Assembly: GCF_000143415.4 (NCBI RefSeq)
Contig: NW_003314276.1
Location: 893,630-957,629 of the forward strand
Direction of reading: 5' to 3'
Source of the DNA: Selaginella moellendorffii
Lineage: Eukaryota; Plantae; Lycopodiophyta
DNA length: 64,000 nt
The translations under genes and the position numbers were made by a program. The notes beneath the pieces are model-generated. The model did no database searches. It saw only the letters and a list, made by a program, of their open reading frames with translations, and had not been told where the DNA came from. Positions 50,750 to 64,000 of this stretch are shown piece after piece; position 1 is the first letter of the stretch; each line of letters opens with the position of its first letter.

Positions 50750-52651
50750 TGTGAGACACAAAATCCCTAGGCCCCAAAGTGGAGCCGGAAAGGGTGCCAC
50801 GTGGTAGTGGCCGAAGCGAAAGCCAAACGAGTGTAACACGTTTGGACTAAAAGCTCTGACTTGGAAGGTCGAGAGCGGGAGTGGAACTCCCAACAAAGTG
50901 CTCAAGGAGCGAGCAATAAGCAAGGCTCCAAAAGGGGACCCGAAAAGGACCAACACATGACACATGGAAGTGTCCGAGATGGAGTCCGAGGCAGACCCGA
51001 GTTGGAGTCCGAGATGGAGTCCGAGATGGAGTCCAATATGGAGTCCGAGATGGACCCGAAGTGGAGTCCGATATGGAGTCCGAGATGGAGTCCGAGATGG
51101 ACCCGAAGTGGAGTCCGATATGGAGTCCGAGATGGAGTCCAAGATGGAGTCCGATATGGAGTCTAAGATGGACCCGAAGTGGAGTCCGATATGGAGTCCG
51201 AGATGGAGTCCGAGATGGAGTCCGATATGGAGTCCGATATGGAGTCTAAGATGGACCCGAAGTGGAGTCCGATATGGAGTCCGAGATGGAGTCCGATATG
51301 GAGTCCGAGATGGACCCGAAGTGGAGTCCGAGATGGAGTCCGAGATGGAGTCCGATATGGAGTCCGAGATGGACCGAGATGGAGTCCGAGATGGAGTCCG
51401 AGAAGGACCCGAGATGGAGTCCGAGATGGACCCGAGATGGAGTCCGAGATGGACCCGAGGTGGAGTCCGAGATGGAGTCCGAGATGGACCCAAGGTGGAG
51501 TCCAAGATGGAGTCCGAGATGGAACCGAGACCGGGACCGAGACCGAGACCGAGACCGAGTCCGAATCCGGGACCAAGACCGAGTCGGGGTCCGAGTCCGA
51601 GTCCGAGTCCGAGTCCAAATACTAATACAGGCAGTTGGGTGAAAGCCCAAAGCGATCGTCCCTCAGGGGGGACGGGGGGGGGGGGGCTGCGGGGGGTTCC
51701 AAAAGTATAGTAGGGAGAGTGTGGGGGTTAGAGCCCAGTGGAGCCAGTTTGGCCAGGAAAGGCTAGTTTGGACTAGGAAGGCCAGACCTAGTGTTGGGTG
51801 ATGAGCTGACCACTGGGAAGTCCAAGACTAGAGTGAACACGGACCGACAAGCGGGGTAGCTTGGTGAGGTGTTCAAGAGCCGGCTCTAGTTCCCCCGGGA
51901 GATCGACTGGCCGATGCTCCCAGTCCAAGTGTGGGTGGCACTACCTACTTGGATACCCGGTGTGGCTCAACGGAACCTCGCTCTAAGCCCATAGCTAGAG
52001 CACCCAAGGGCGGAAGGCGGGGAGAGTACCCAGGTGGCTCGCGTAAGACCACGGTGTTCCGAAATGTTGTCCGAAAGGCCCAGACTGTGGAAAGGAAGAG
52101 GAGCAGTCCTCTGGGGCAGTGACCAAGGACGCAGTCGTGTGGTGAGGAAGTCCCAGAGGGCCGTGGGACTTAGGGATCGGGCCTGTGCGCCTCGATCCAG
52201 TGGCAGTGTTGGCAAACATGGCCAAGGGCAGAAAGGGACTTAGTGGGGACTGACAGAGGGATATTGGGGAAGGCTATTCCCCTTGTCAGTGGGCATCCTA
52301 AGGATGCTAAGGAGTGGATCTGAGATGACCACTCACTGATGGTTTGCCTAGTCTTGGAGAGCCAAGACTGTGATGCAAGTGGTATTGGACTACCAGTGTG
52401 GCAAAGGTGATTGGGCATGGCCTTAGCGTAACAAGCTGCCATGTCGGTGGTACCTTTGAGTGTCGGTCATGGGATCGGACACGTGGAGCACTTGGACCAA
52501 GTGCAAATGTTGAGTGGCATGGATGCCATTCTCGGGGCTAGCAAGTCCCAAGTCCTGAATTGGACTTATGGAGGTTGTGAATGAGACTCCTCCAAGTGGT
52601 CGAAGGTGTGGTTAAGTGACTAAAGTAGAATGGAAAATTTAGTCGCTTACA
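50750..52651 (+). mobile_element. Solo LTR, family C, nested in the 3' UTR of element B
   Basis: TGTGAG...CTTACA termini with perfect TSD GGTGT. Contains a ~650-bp GGAGTCCGAGAT array. Confidence 0.95.
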
Positions 52652-55106
52652 GGTGTCTGAGTCTTAACATCTTTAGACGTAGAGGAGAGGTCATTCCATA
52701 ACTCATTTAAGTCGGTGTGTTTCCCATATAGTGTGCTTTCCGTTAACTTTCGGAGTTGTTTCCTTGACGGTTTGTTAGACTAGGGTATGCATCAACGAGG
52801 ACGTCGATCTTCCCCAAGGGGGGGAGAGTGTCGCGAATGTGACTTTGGGTATCGAAAGATACTTGTCAACCGGTCCTTATGGACACTCTTTCCTTACTGC
52901 CATGACGGCAGGAGATCGGTACAGTTGGATCCCTTTAGTAGCCCCTCTTGTGCTAGTGGAGTTAACTGGGCATTTCGAGTGTACTTAGACCGGACGAGCA
53001 TAAGGATGGAATTCCTACGTGCTATTAGTTAAGCATACTTAGCCCGGTAAGGAGTTCCCGTCTCGTTATGTCTTGCACTGGCTAGTGACAAGAACCCTCG
53101 CATATTGAGATTAGTCCCTCAATATCGTCAAATGATAGCTTACCGTGTCTGCCAAACACCCTCGCTATCATTGCCTTTGTGTTAGTCTCATTTCGGTCCC
53201 AAATGCTATTTATGGAAAGTGTCTAGATTTACTCATTTGGCATATCTACGGAATGTAGAGGTCGGCCTGAACACAATGGTGTTCATCCCGTGTCCAAATT
53301 CGCAATCTAGCGCCATTCCATATTTAGTAAGTTTCGAGCTTGTCCCAGAGACTAACTCCTGGTACTAAGGGAGGCTTGGGGTGAAAGCCCAAAGTGTGTG
53401 TTCCTCAAGAGGGGGGGGGGGGGGGGGGGGTGCTGTGGGGGGTTCCAAATGTATAGTAGGGATAGTGGTTGGAATGCATGTCTAACCACCTAAGATATTA
53501 GTTTGGCTCCCACTAGGCTGTGTTGCTCCTTGTTCTGCGTCCGGCTTGGGTCTAAGCCCAAGCTCCACGCTGCTGTGTAGTCAGTGGAGTACCCTCCTCC
53601 TCGCGTTAGGCCACCGGTATGCCAAAATTGTGCTAGACTCCATCTGACACCATTTTGCGTGCAGGTGCTGGATACAAGGAGCTGGTGCTCGTGGGATTGT
53701 ACCAGACCCTCATTTCGTAGCGCAAAGGGCTTGGAGTTCGGCTCCAAATTCAGGTGCGCTACACATGTGAGCCACAAGTATAACATAACCCCATGCACTC
53801 TTCATTTTTTTCCTTGGATTCCTTTGACTCATTTTTGTTTCACTGTGCTAGATTCTCTCACCGCTTGTGGCTGCAATGCACATCTATGCCGATAACAATT
53901 GGCAATCTTTATCTTGTCGTAGTGGATGCTGTGGCAGTTGGTCCAAAGTCATTGGTGGCATATCGTCTACGACACCCTTGGTCCCCCAACCATTCACCAC
54001 AACCCTTGTTACCAAGTGGATTGCAATCCCAAAGACCTAACATTTACACTTGTATGGCTGGAAAAGAGAGCCATTAGTGAAGGTGACGAAACTTGATGGC
54101 AATAGACCTCAGAATGTCTCATATGGGGTGGCTTATACTCTAGCATTTCTTTCGAACCCGGTACAACCCAACATGTGATTCTACTACTCCAAACCTCAGG
54201 AATCCATCCATGACCAACCCAGGAGCATTTGTGTGGCATGCAAGGCAATCCAATGGTGATGAGGCCCATGTCAAGTTTGCAAAATTTGGCCTCAACTTTA
54301 TTTGGCTTTGCTACTGGCCTCCTCAAGCATCATGGGGAGCTATAGCAAACAAGGCCAATGGCAACCAGGCAACTATAATCTGCCTATATAATGTTATAGA
54401 GCATCTTACTAACAAACATTGGCTAAGTTATCAAAAGCAAGCCCAAGCACTCGAGGAAAAGGATGTTTGCAAATATAAGTCATTATCTTCTTTAAGTCCA
54501 CTCCTCACAAATATATGTTGTGGTCCTTGCAATTGTAGCTACTATAAATGCCTTGACTGCAGATGGTGATCCCTTGAGGATAGCCATTTCTCCCAAGGCC
54601 AACTGTGCAAGAACCAAACCAAGATAAGAATAATGAAGAAAAAGACTCTGCAGATGAAGAAGACATTCTTTCATTGCCAAAAGAAACTCTCCCCACACAG
54701 GACAATACACACATTACAAAAATGAAGAACAAGGTGATGGTGGGGATGAACTATGCCAAGGTCTCTAGAGACATCCTTGTCACCAGAGGTAGTGGCTCTA
54801 GGTTATACAGTTGGTAAGAAGTATCAACACAAATGAATATTGCTTTCATTGCCTCCACCCCCCTTTCTAGAGGGAAGTAACTCCATTCTTTTTACTCTTA
54901 TAGAGTTGCTTGACAACTTTACTATAGTAGAGTAAGATAATTGAAAATTGTGCCATTTGAAATTGAACTAATGTTTACATGTAGATTGCTAGAGTGTCAA
55001 CAACAATGGATTGATGCCACTAATGCATTTAATTAAGCTATTCAGCTAACCACTCAAGATAATGCCAACTTTATCATGCTGTAATATAAAGAGGTTTCTG
55101 CCTTAG

Positions 55107-55757
55107 TGTTGTGAATGTAACTTTGGGTATTGAAAGTTACCTGTCAGTTAGTCCTTTCGGATATTCGTTCCTTACTACCACAACAGTAGGAAGTTGGTAT
55201 TGTTAGACCCTTTATCAGTCCCTCTTGTTCAAATATTAGTAAATTGGACTTTGCATCTATACTTGGCTAGACAAGCATAAGGAAGGAATTCCTAAGTGTC
55301 TATTAAGCCAAGCATACTTGGCCCGGCTTGTTAGTTCTCTTTTGTTTTGTCTTGCACTGGCTTGACAAGAACCGTCACGTATTGAGACTAGTCCCTCAAT
55401 ATTGCTGGATGATAGATTACCGTATCTGGCAAACACCTTCACTATCATGCCCTTTGTGTTAGTCTCATTCCGATCCTAAATGCTATTTATGGAAAGTGTC
55501 TAGATTTGCTCATTTAGTATATCTATAGAATGTAGATATTGTCCTGAACACAATGGTGTTCATCCCGTGTCCAAATTCACAATCTAAGGACATTCAATTT
55601 AATATTTAATAAGTTTCAAGCTGGTCCCAAAGACTAACTCTCGATACTAATGGTGGCTAAGGGTGAAAGCCCAAAGTGTGTGTTCCTCGGGGGGGGAGGG
55701 GAGGGGGGGGGATATAGGGATAGTCCAAATGTATAGTAAGGATAGTGGGTAGGTTGG
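55107..55757 (+). mobile_element. 5' portion of a B'-family LTR
   Basis: Collinear with LTR B up to the GTATAGTA module, then truncated. Confidence 0.75.
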
Positions 55758-55759
55758 AG

Positions 55760-56892
55760 GAGCTTTGGTGTGGGAAGAAGCCATAATAGATGTAGGCAGG
55801 CCACATGCAAAAGCCATTAAGGAGGATATTCACCAGATTCCAAGATAGAGAAGGAGCTACATATTAGCATCCTAGGATGCTAGTGCATTCTAAGACATTG
55901 CAACAAGAAAAGTGGGACTTGGTAAATTAAGTTTAAAGCATAAGTTTTATATGCTCTTCATTTCTATATGCACAGGCTGTCTTTGTGGGTTGGTTACTAT
56001 TCCAAGCGTTTGAATGTAATGCATAAGTATCTTGCAGATGTACAATTGCAACATTGGTAATGCAGCCGGAGAGGTTTTGGACAAGAATGACTTATGATTT
56101 GCCTAAAGAGGACTATATAAGATGGACCTCAATGCATGTACACCACATATCTAGAATGCATTCAACCAATTGTGAGATGTATCAGGCCTAAAGGAGGAGG
56201 GCAATTGGTGCAAGTCTGTGGATTCTATCCTAGAAAAACCAACAATTATTGACTACAATGCAATGCTTGAGTTTAGACTCACCAAACTTGGTGAAGGTTA
56301 TGAGCAAGTTGTGGAGGCATGCATGGTTATAGTGGTCTAGCATTACCTATTCATTAAACCAAATATAGTGGGAGACTTACTCCGAGATAGCTTCCAACAC
56401 TCAATGCATATGGAAGCTCATTAAAGGCTTTATAAGAGTCCAGCATTGCTAAGTGGGCTTTCACTCATTAGGACAGATGCTTTGTTACAAGTCTTCTGAG
56501 TAAGGACAATCATTCCTTTTATAGTATTCATCAATTACCTGGTCTTTGATTAGGATTTTGGAGAGAACTTCCACAGCTAGATTGTGGACATCATCTGAGG
56601 TAATTATTTACTTTCATAAACAACTAAAAATCTTGTATGTTTAAGCATTTTATAGATATAAGCCCAAGAGAGTTATCCAAGTTCCATCACTTCATAGTTG
56701 ATTCACTAGAGTTCCAACTAAGAAAGCTTATTTGGAAAGGGAAGGAAACTTCTCGTATGCATGGGAGAACCTGGGAAATTGAGCATACAATGTACCTTGT
56801 CTCTCAACTTAATGTACCTATCAATGGAGTGGACTAAACACAAGATCCATTAAGCACTTCAGAATCCAAAAAGATTGTATGGATTGGGTTGA
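55760..56892 (+). pseudogene. Degenerate HECT-like E3 ligase domain
   Basis: EEAIIDVGRP near the start, AVFVGWLLFQA, and terminal SIQCTLSLNL..S.EWTKHKIH*ALQNPKRLYGLG* resemble HECT landmarks. Many stops. Confidence 0.42.
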
Positions 56893-57466
56893 TGTTGTGA
56901 AAGTACTGTAATCTAGACACTTTCATAATAAAAATAGATAATTGTTTTGAAAATATATATTTCTTTGACACTTTGAAAGATTCAACTTAATTCATTAACA
57001 AAGCTAAAAGTGAGGATATTTAAAATATTCCACAATTGCCCATTATAGGCACTTGTGGCCCTTGGTACCCTTCTAGCTTATGCTTGCCTGCCAAACATGT
57101 AGTGTGAGTGAAATATGCCATTGTAATTTACACCATTTTAAATTGCACACCATAACACACTACCTCAAATGAATGTAATGGTTGGCCAGACCTTGCAAAA
57201 GAAGATGATGGGCACGGTATGGAAGCTTGACAAGCACCAAGTTGCTTACAAGTGGATCTCTGATGCAAAAAGAAGAAAAAAAACAAAGAAAATTTGTAAG
57301 TTACCACATGGTAAACCATAATTGGCTAAGCAATATATTACTTATTTCTGTTTTTGTTTTTTTTCAGAGTAGTCCATTATGGTATGAATTACAAAGCAAT
57401 GTAATAGAACCCAGAGCGCAGGGGTGCCACTAATCCAAAGATTGATAGCTTTGGTGATTCGGACAC

Positions 57467-59190
57467 TCAGGTCCTCTGCCATGAGAATTTGGATTTGCCC
57501 CAGAGCATCACGTAGACCAGCGCCAGCAAAATGGGAACTTCCAGGAGAGGTCCCATGGTCGCAGCCAGTGCCTCGGATGAGTCTATGCCAAAGACTCCCA
57601 CAGCCACTGCGATGGCGAGCTCGAAATTGTTGCTCGACGCCGTGAACGCCTGCGTGACCGACTGCTCATACGACACCTTCATCAGCAGGCACAGCCCCAC
57701 GGTCGCGGCAAACACGATTCCAAAGTAAATCGCCAGCGGCACCGCCACCCTCGCCACCTTGTCCAGATTCCCCACAATGTGGTGCGCCTGGAGAGAGAAC
57801 ATGACGAAGATGGTGTAGAGCAAACCCAGCAGCGCGAAGGGCCCGATGATTGGCAGGAACTTAGTCTCATACCACCGCTTCCCCAGGCTGGAGCACAAAA
57901 CTGCTCGCGTGATCATCCCTGCCGCCAGTGGAGCTCCCAGGAACAGAAGCACACTCTTGGCGACTTCCCACATCCCAACGTGAATCCCAGTGTCCCGCGA
58001 GAGGACCTCGAGGAAGAAGAGCGAGAGTGGTCCATAGAGGATGATCTGGAGCAGCGAGTTGAAAGCTACGAGGATGGCACAGAGCTCCGGATCACCCTTT
58101 GCGAGATCGTTCCACACCAGAACCATGGCTATGCAGCGAGCGATCCCGACGAGTATGACACCTCTCCTGTATCCTGGCAAGTCTGGAAGCGTCGCCCAGG
58201 CGAGGCCTGTCATGAGCGCCGGGCATAGCAGCCAGTTGAGGAGGAAACTCAGCGCCAGGCTCTTGACCAGAGCGCCCCCGGCAAGCATCTTTCCCAGGAG
58301 CTCGTAGCGGACCTTGCACAGGACTGGATACATCATCACCCACAGGCCAACCGCGATTGGGAGCGAGACGGAGGCGATGGTTGCGACTTGGAACGCATCT
58401 CTGACGCTCTTGACGTAGTATCCGACCAGAACAGCCGAGACCATCACGGCCAGGATCCAAACGAAGAGGTAGCGGTCCAGGAAAGAAAGCTTTGCATAGA
58501 CCGCTTCTTCTTTCTCTGTGAGGAAACACAGGAAAGACGTCAAACTTCTATCAAGCAACACCGAGAGACGAAGACCCACAACTCAGTTCTTCGCCCAAAT
58601 AATCATTCGCTTACCGGGTTTCTTCGAGATCTCACAGGAGACTTTGTCTCCATTAGCGAGCACGATCCAAGTTTCTGGGCTCTCGGTCAGCACCTGAGCA
58701 CGTGAAAGGAAAAGAATCAAAACAGTTGAGAATCGCACTTAGAAAAGAAAAGAAAACCTGTGGGTCGCATTTGCAATAGGCAGTGACGAGCCCTTTGGTC
58801 TCTTTCACGCCATGAGCAGGAACATCGCCAGTGGATTCCTCGTCAGCGCTAGCAAATCGACATCGTAGGCCGGACGTTGCCAGTAGCGCGACAGCGGACC
58901 TGCAAATAACCTCTACCTCCATTTCAAACGACCTAATCTGTGAGGAAGAAAATATCTCGAGCTTACATTGTGGTTTGGTCAACCAATCCTTCCGGATTTT
59001 CCTCCAAATCGTGCCAGGATTCGGGGCTTGCCAGGTACTCGTTCTCGTCGATCATCCCGGGGCGGCGAGGATGCACAAAAACACATTCTCGTTGGGTTTC
59101 TCTCCCATCTCCCGGACAAACAAAACAACGCGGCCCACATCGCTCCGATCCACCAGGCCGTGAGTGACGAAAGCGATAATCGTATTCCAT
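57467..59190 (-). CDS. ACR3: ACR3 arsenite efflux transporter with ~150-aa N-terminal extension; exons 59190-58967, 58899-58758, 58693-58615, 58515-57467
   Basis: LSFLDRYL, MMYPVLCKV, GIARCIAMVLVW, ASSNNFELAIAVA, GPLLEVP motifs. Three GT-AG introns join the upstream exons in frame. Upstream exons are less certain than the core. Confidence 0.88.
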
Positions 59191-59259
59191 TTCTGTCACA
59201 AATCCATTTTAATCGCTACAACAGCAACATGGATGTTGTGTGTGACAATGCGACTGACT

Positions 59260-59418
59260 TTTCTTTTTCTTGCTTGCAGTCAGCGACTTGAACCACCTGA
59301 TTTCGGCGACCATGAGCGGCGTCAAATGCTCTCTTTGATTCCCTTTTGGACTTCACGGTCCAGGGGTCAGCAGTATAGCACGCTGACCGCGCCAGAGCTC
59401 ACTCAGCAGATGTAGGAC
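59260..59418 (+). pseudogene. Beta-tubulin exon-3 fragment with its acceptor site
   Basis: TTGCTTGCAG|TCAGCGACTTGAACCACCTGATTTCGGCGACCATGAGCGG matches 18918-18968, and GAGCTCACTCAGCAGATG matches ~19125-19142. Internal deletion and stop. Confidence 0.85.
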
Positions 59419-60899
59419 AGTGCCCCCTGCAATGTTCTAATAATGAAAAACACGAATGAACGTATATAACGTTTATCATAATTTTTATTGATTATAATTA
59501 TTAGTTCATTAATACTAATTATTATTATTATTGAGCTAGTTCATTGTTTCTTTCAGTCCTTCCTTGATTTGCAGTTCTTGCCTCAAATTGATTCAGCAGC
59601 TCTTAAGATTTTTATTATCAGCTGGTTCATTGTTTATTTTGGTTCTTCCTAGGTTGGATCTCTCTAGCAAAGGCATTTTCAAACCCTACCACAATTCAGA
59701 GGACCTAGGTCTGGTATTGTTAATGTTAATGTTATTTGATTGTTATTATCCATGGAATATGCCCTCTAACATTAAATTTGATGCACAAATGTTCTCAACC
59801 TTTATTTTGTTTCACACATAGTTAAGTTAACAAGTAATGATTAAAAACCTCTTCCTCCAAATGGAATAGTTTTTTATAATTTTCTTCATCATCCTCATAT
59901 CGCAAATTTTGCAACTTCTTGGTATTCTACTTATTATTATTGACTATTCTTCTTGCTCACCACAATGATGATTCAATATATGATGTTTATTCCCATCCTA
60001 TCCACAATGATCATTATGATAATTCTTGACTAAAAGACTCTTCAAATGCTTGTGAAACTTGTGTTTATCATATCAAGTTAATGAGATGAGCTACACCATA
60101 AAGCTCCTCTAAACTCTTGTAAGTTGGGAATGATACAACTGTTGCCTCATACTCTCACTATGAAGACTATTAATGAAACAAGACTTTTTTCAATCTAGAT
60201 ATTTCATTGAAACACAACTAATTAAGTGAGTAACCTTCTCAAAATAATTTTCAAATGTCATTTTCCCTTATTGAAAATGTCGAAGTTCCATACAAGCATT
60301 CTCCACATCATAATAAGGGGTAAAAATGTAAACAAAAAGTAGTCTCAAACTCATCCATGATATATATTGATGGGTTTAAATCTGACACACTAGACTCCTT
60401 AAATTAATTCTACCATAAAAAACCTATATCACACAAAATCATTAAAATTGCCACTAAAGCCTCTATGTTTTGAATTCTATTATAGTGGATTAACTTAGCA
60501 TTTCAACCTTTTTAGGTGATGGTAGCATAAATGAGTATTTGGCTTAGCTAGCCAATATAAAAAAATTCTTGGCTACAAAAAGTTTTACTTAAAGCACCAC
60601 TAGCCTTGAGTGCCTTAATATGCCCATACATTAAAGCTCTCCTCTTACTTCTTTTGCTAATTTTTGTTGAGTGCTTACATCTCATGAATAACATCATGGT
60701 TAATCCAAACCTTTGCAACTCCATTGACACTACCATCAGCCCACCTTCAACATTAGGATTTTAGCATTCATCTTAGACAAAAAGAATGAGTGTTCTTTAG
60801 AATTTGAATTCAAGACACTCTTGAGCTACTTGTTATTTATTCATAATTTAGGGGACAAAAAACATGTGAGGAAGAAGCAACAATATAAAATATACTTGA

Positions 60900-62787
60900 G
60901 GAATTTACTAATATCTTTCTATTTAAATTTCCTCATAGATTGCCTCTATTATAAAGTGTAGAGTATGAGATTACACTAAAGCCAAAAATTAGGCCAATCT
61001 ATCAATGTCCATTTTGACTAAGGTATATAGAGGAGTAAGAGGTTCAACAAGAAGTTAAAACATTACTTGATTTTAGATTTATTTAGCTAAGTATATCATC
61101 GTTTAACACACTGATCTCACCCATTGAAGAAGAAGGATAACTCAATACAAATATATATTGATTACCATGTGTTAAACAAAAAGATAGTGAAGGATAAAAT
61201 ACCAATATTGCATATAGATGATATCTTAGACAAGTTTAGTGAAGCTTTAGTGTTTACCAAGATTGATTTAAAAAGTGGATATTATTAAATTGCAATAAAT
61301 GATGTGTCTATCTTCAAAACAACATTCAATATAAGTTTTAGCATTTTGAGTTTATAGTATGCTATTTTGTTTGACAGATGCATTAGCCACATTTACTCAA
61401 GTGATAATGAAGATGTTTGAGTATTATCTACATAAGTTTGTAGAGGATGATATTTTTATTTTTAGCAAGAATATAAAGGAGCATAATATGCATTTATGCA
61501 AAGTTTTTTTATTATTACATAATAATAGAAGAAGAGCAAATATAAATTTACAAAGTTGGAAGTGGAGCATCTAGGCTGTATTATGACATTTATGGAACTG
61601 GGAAAAAGGTGGTTGTGGTGGAAAATTGTCAATATTAACTTTAGTGGCTAAGTTAAAGAGTTTTCTTGGTATAACTAGTTATTATTAACATTTATAGTAT
61701 AAATTTATAGAGGTGGTTATTCCTTTGCCATAGTTGTTGCATAAGAATATACTATTTAAATGGAAGAAGTTATAAGAGGATAATTTTGTGGCATTGAAAC
61801 GTTTGTTGTGTAAAGCTCTAATGTTTTGGATTGCTGATTCATCAAAACCACAAAATTTAAAGTTTGACATTTATATACAATATATTGTCCTAAGATCATG
61901 AGAACTCCCCTCTAATTACTCACATCATAAGTAAAACAACAATATTCTAAGTATAAGTACTTTCAATTGTTCATATTTTATGAACATGTACCCTTTATGA
62001 GTAATGGCTCTATTTAGTGGAGGCAATATCTTTATGGCACAATGTTAATGGTGTTGATGGTGTTGTATATCTATTCCCATAAAAGGAATTGAACATTAGG
62101 CAAGCTTATTAGATGGCCACACTCATAGAGTTTGGGGAATTTTTTATCAAACATCATTTAGGGAAATTTAATATAATGGTGGATGTTTTATTTTATATTC
62201 ATCATATGACAAAGTTAGGAATATAGTTTTGTAATTATTTGAGTAAGGTTATCAATGAGTTTGAGTAATATGTTGAGCATGCTCAAAATTAAGATTCTAA
62301 GATGGTCTCTTTACAAGCCTAAATGGAAGGACTTCTTTATTGGTGGATGGGATTCTCTACTACAACAGCTGTGTATTTCCCACAAATGGATGTGTTGATT
62401 GATCAAATTTTATCCACTATCATGATCGTTAAAAGGCTAGTCTATTTGGGTTTATAAGTTGATTAAGTGTAATTTTTAATAGAGGAATATGAAAGATGAT
62501 ATCCTTAAATATTGTAAATCATGTGAGATCTATCAGCATGTAATAGTGCTATGAGAAAAGTTGAGAGGAGTTTTGCAACTTTTACTTATTCCTTAGAAAC
62601 ATTGGCATAGTATTTCTATAGACTTCATCATTTATTTATTGTAAATATAGAGGCAAAAAAAGGAAATGTAGGTTTTAATGAAATATATATGGTTATTAGC
62701 TCTTTAGAAGACTAACACTACCTCAAACTTGGCTTTAGTTTACTTGGAAAAAGTTTTTCCTAATTTTAGTTTGGCAAAAGACATTTA
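60900..62787 (+). mobile_element. Heavily decayed AT-rich Ty3/gypsy RT-RH-INT relic
   Basis: FTKIDLKSGYY, VEDDIFIFS, DFII remnants with dense stops. Confidence 0.7.
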
Positions 62788-64000
62788 TATGAGACATAAA
62801 TCCCAAAGCCCCAAAAGTGGAGCTGAAAAAGTACTATGTAGTAGTGGTCAAAGCAAAAGCTAAATAAGTGTAACACATTCAGACTAAAAACTCCGACTTG
62901 AAAAATCGAGAGCAGGAATGGAACTCTCAATAAAGTGCTCAAAGAACAAGCACAAAGCAACTAATAAATGATTCTCTAGAAAAGAGACACAAGAAGACCA
63001 ACACATAACATGTGGATGGACCCGAGATGGACCCGAGACGGAATCCGAGATGGAATTTAAGATGGACCCGAGACAGAATCCAATATGGAGTCCGAGATAG
63101 ACCTGAGATGAAGTCCGAGATAGACCTGAGATGGAGTTCGAGATAGACCTGATATGAAGTCCGAGATGGACTCAAGATGGAGTCCGAGATGGAATGAACA
63201 CCAAGACCGAATCTGATTCTGAAATCAAGTCCAAGTCTGAATACTAATATAGGTAGTTGGGTGAAAGCCCAAAGCAATCGTTCCTCTAAAAGGGGTTCCA
63301 AAAGTATAATAGGGAGAGTATAAGGGTTGAACTCCAGTAGAACCAATTTTGCTAGAAAAAGCCAGTGTGGCCTAGGAAGGTTATACCCATATATTAGGTG
63401 ATGATATAACCACTGGGAAGTCCAAAGCTAGAGTGAATATAGACAGACAAATGGGGTAATTTAGTGAAGTGTTCAAGAGCCGGCTCTAGTTCCCCCGGGA
63501 GATCGACTGGCCAATGCTCCCAGTCTAAGTGTGGGTGGCATTACCTACTTGGACACCAAGTGTGGCTCAACGGAACCTCACTCTAAGCCCATGGCTAGAG
63601 CACCCAAAGGCGGAAGGCGGGGAAAGTACCCACGAGACTTGCATAAGGCCATGGTATTCCGAAATATTATCCTGAATGCCCAAACTGTGGAAAGGAAGAG
63701 GAGTAGTCCTCTGGTGTAGTGACCAAGGATACAGTCGTGTGGTGAGGAAGTCCCAGAGGACTGTGGGACTTAGTGGTCGGGCCTGTGGGCCTTGATCCAG
63801 TGGCAGTGTTGGTGAACACGGCCATGGGCAAAAAGGGACTTGGTGGGGACCGGAAAGGGGATATTGGGGAAGGCTATTCCCCATGTCTATGGGCATCCTA
63901 AGGATGATAAGGAGTGGATCTGGGATGATCACTTGTGGATGGATGGCCTAGTCTTTGAGAGACGGGACTGTGGTGTAGGTAGTGTCAGACCACCAATATG
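62788..64000 (+). mobile_element. Family C LTR running off the window end
   Basis: Collinear with 50750-52651, including the repeat array and the GGGTGAAAGCCC module. Confidence 0.88.

Larger units (their letters stand above)
45006..53763 (+). mobile_element. Family B chromovirus with both LTRs, inactivated
   Basis: LTRs 45006-45926 and 52829-53763, TSD CATGT, PBS TGGTATCAGAG at 45929, PPT before 52829. Confidence 0.96.

Noticed and set aside
50970-51620. CRISPR-like appearance of the arrays
   Set aside because: Contiguous tandem units with no unique spacers and no cas genes, in a eukaryotic LTR.

Overview
Eukaryotic, land-plant genomic DNA, most likely the lycophyte Selaginella. This is inferred from 47-100 nt introns, 140-200 bp intergenic gaps, an ACR3 arsenite transporter and an S-repeat-rich PLS PPR gene. 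A compact gene island at ~9.2-21.1 kb holds PPR, tetraspanin, PB1 protein, plastid Fe-SOD, a PRLI-interacting-factor-like protein, beta-tubulin and an SPX-RING NLA/BAH1-like gene. ACR3 lies at 57.5-59.2 kb. The rest is nested Ty3/gypsy retrotransposons (families called A, B, B', C, D here, plus a TRIM) and a decayed intron-containing IS3EU-like DDE transposase with a HECT-like relic. Main finding: the family A chromovirus pol has two clean 47 and 52 nt GT-AG spliceosomal introns inside integrase. Unspliced RNA therefore encodes an integrase lacking its catalytic Glu, and only splicing restores it and adds the GPY/F motif and chromodomain. Other findings are a B+TRIM chimera bounded by one target-site duplication, a covarying RNA structure in the 3' UTR of families A and C, and a Cys-rich N-terminal extension on ACR3. 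All alignments were done by eye and no database searches were run.
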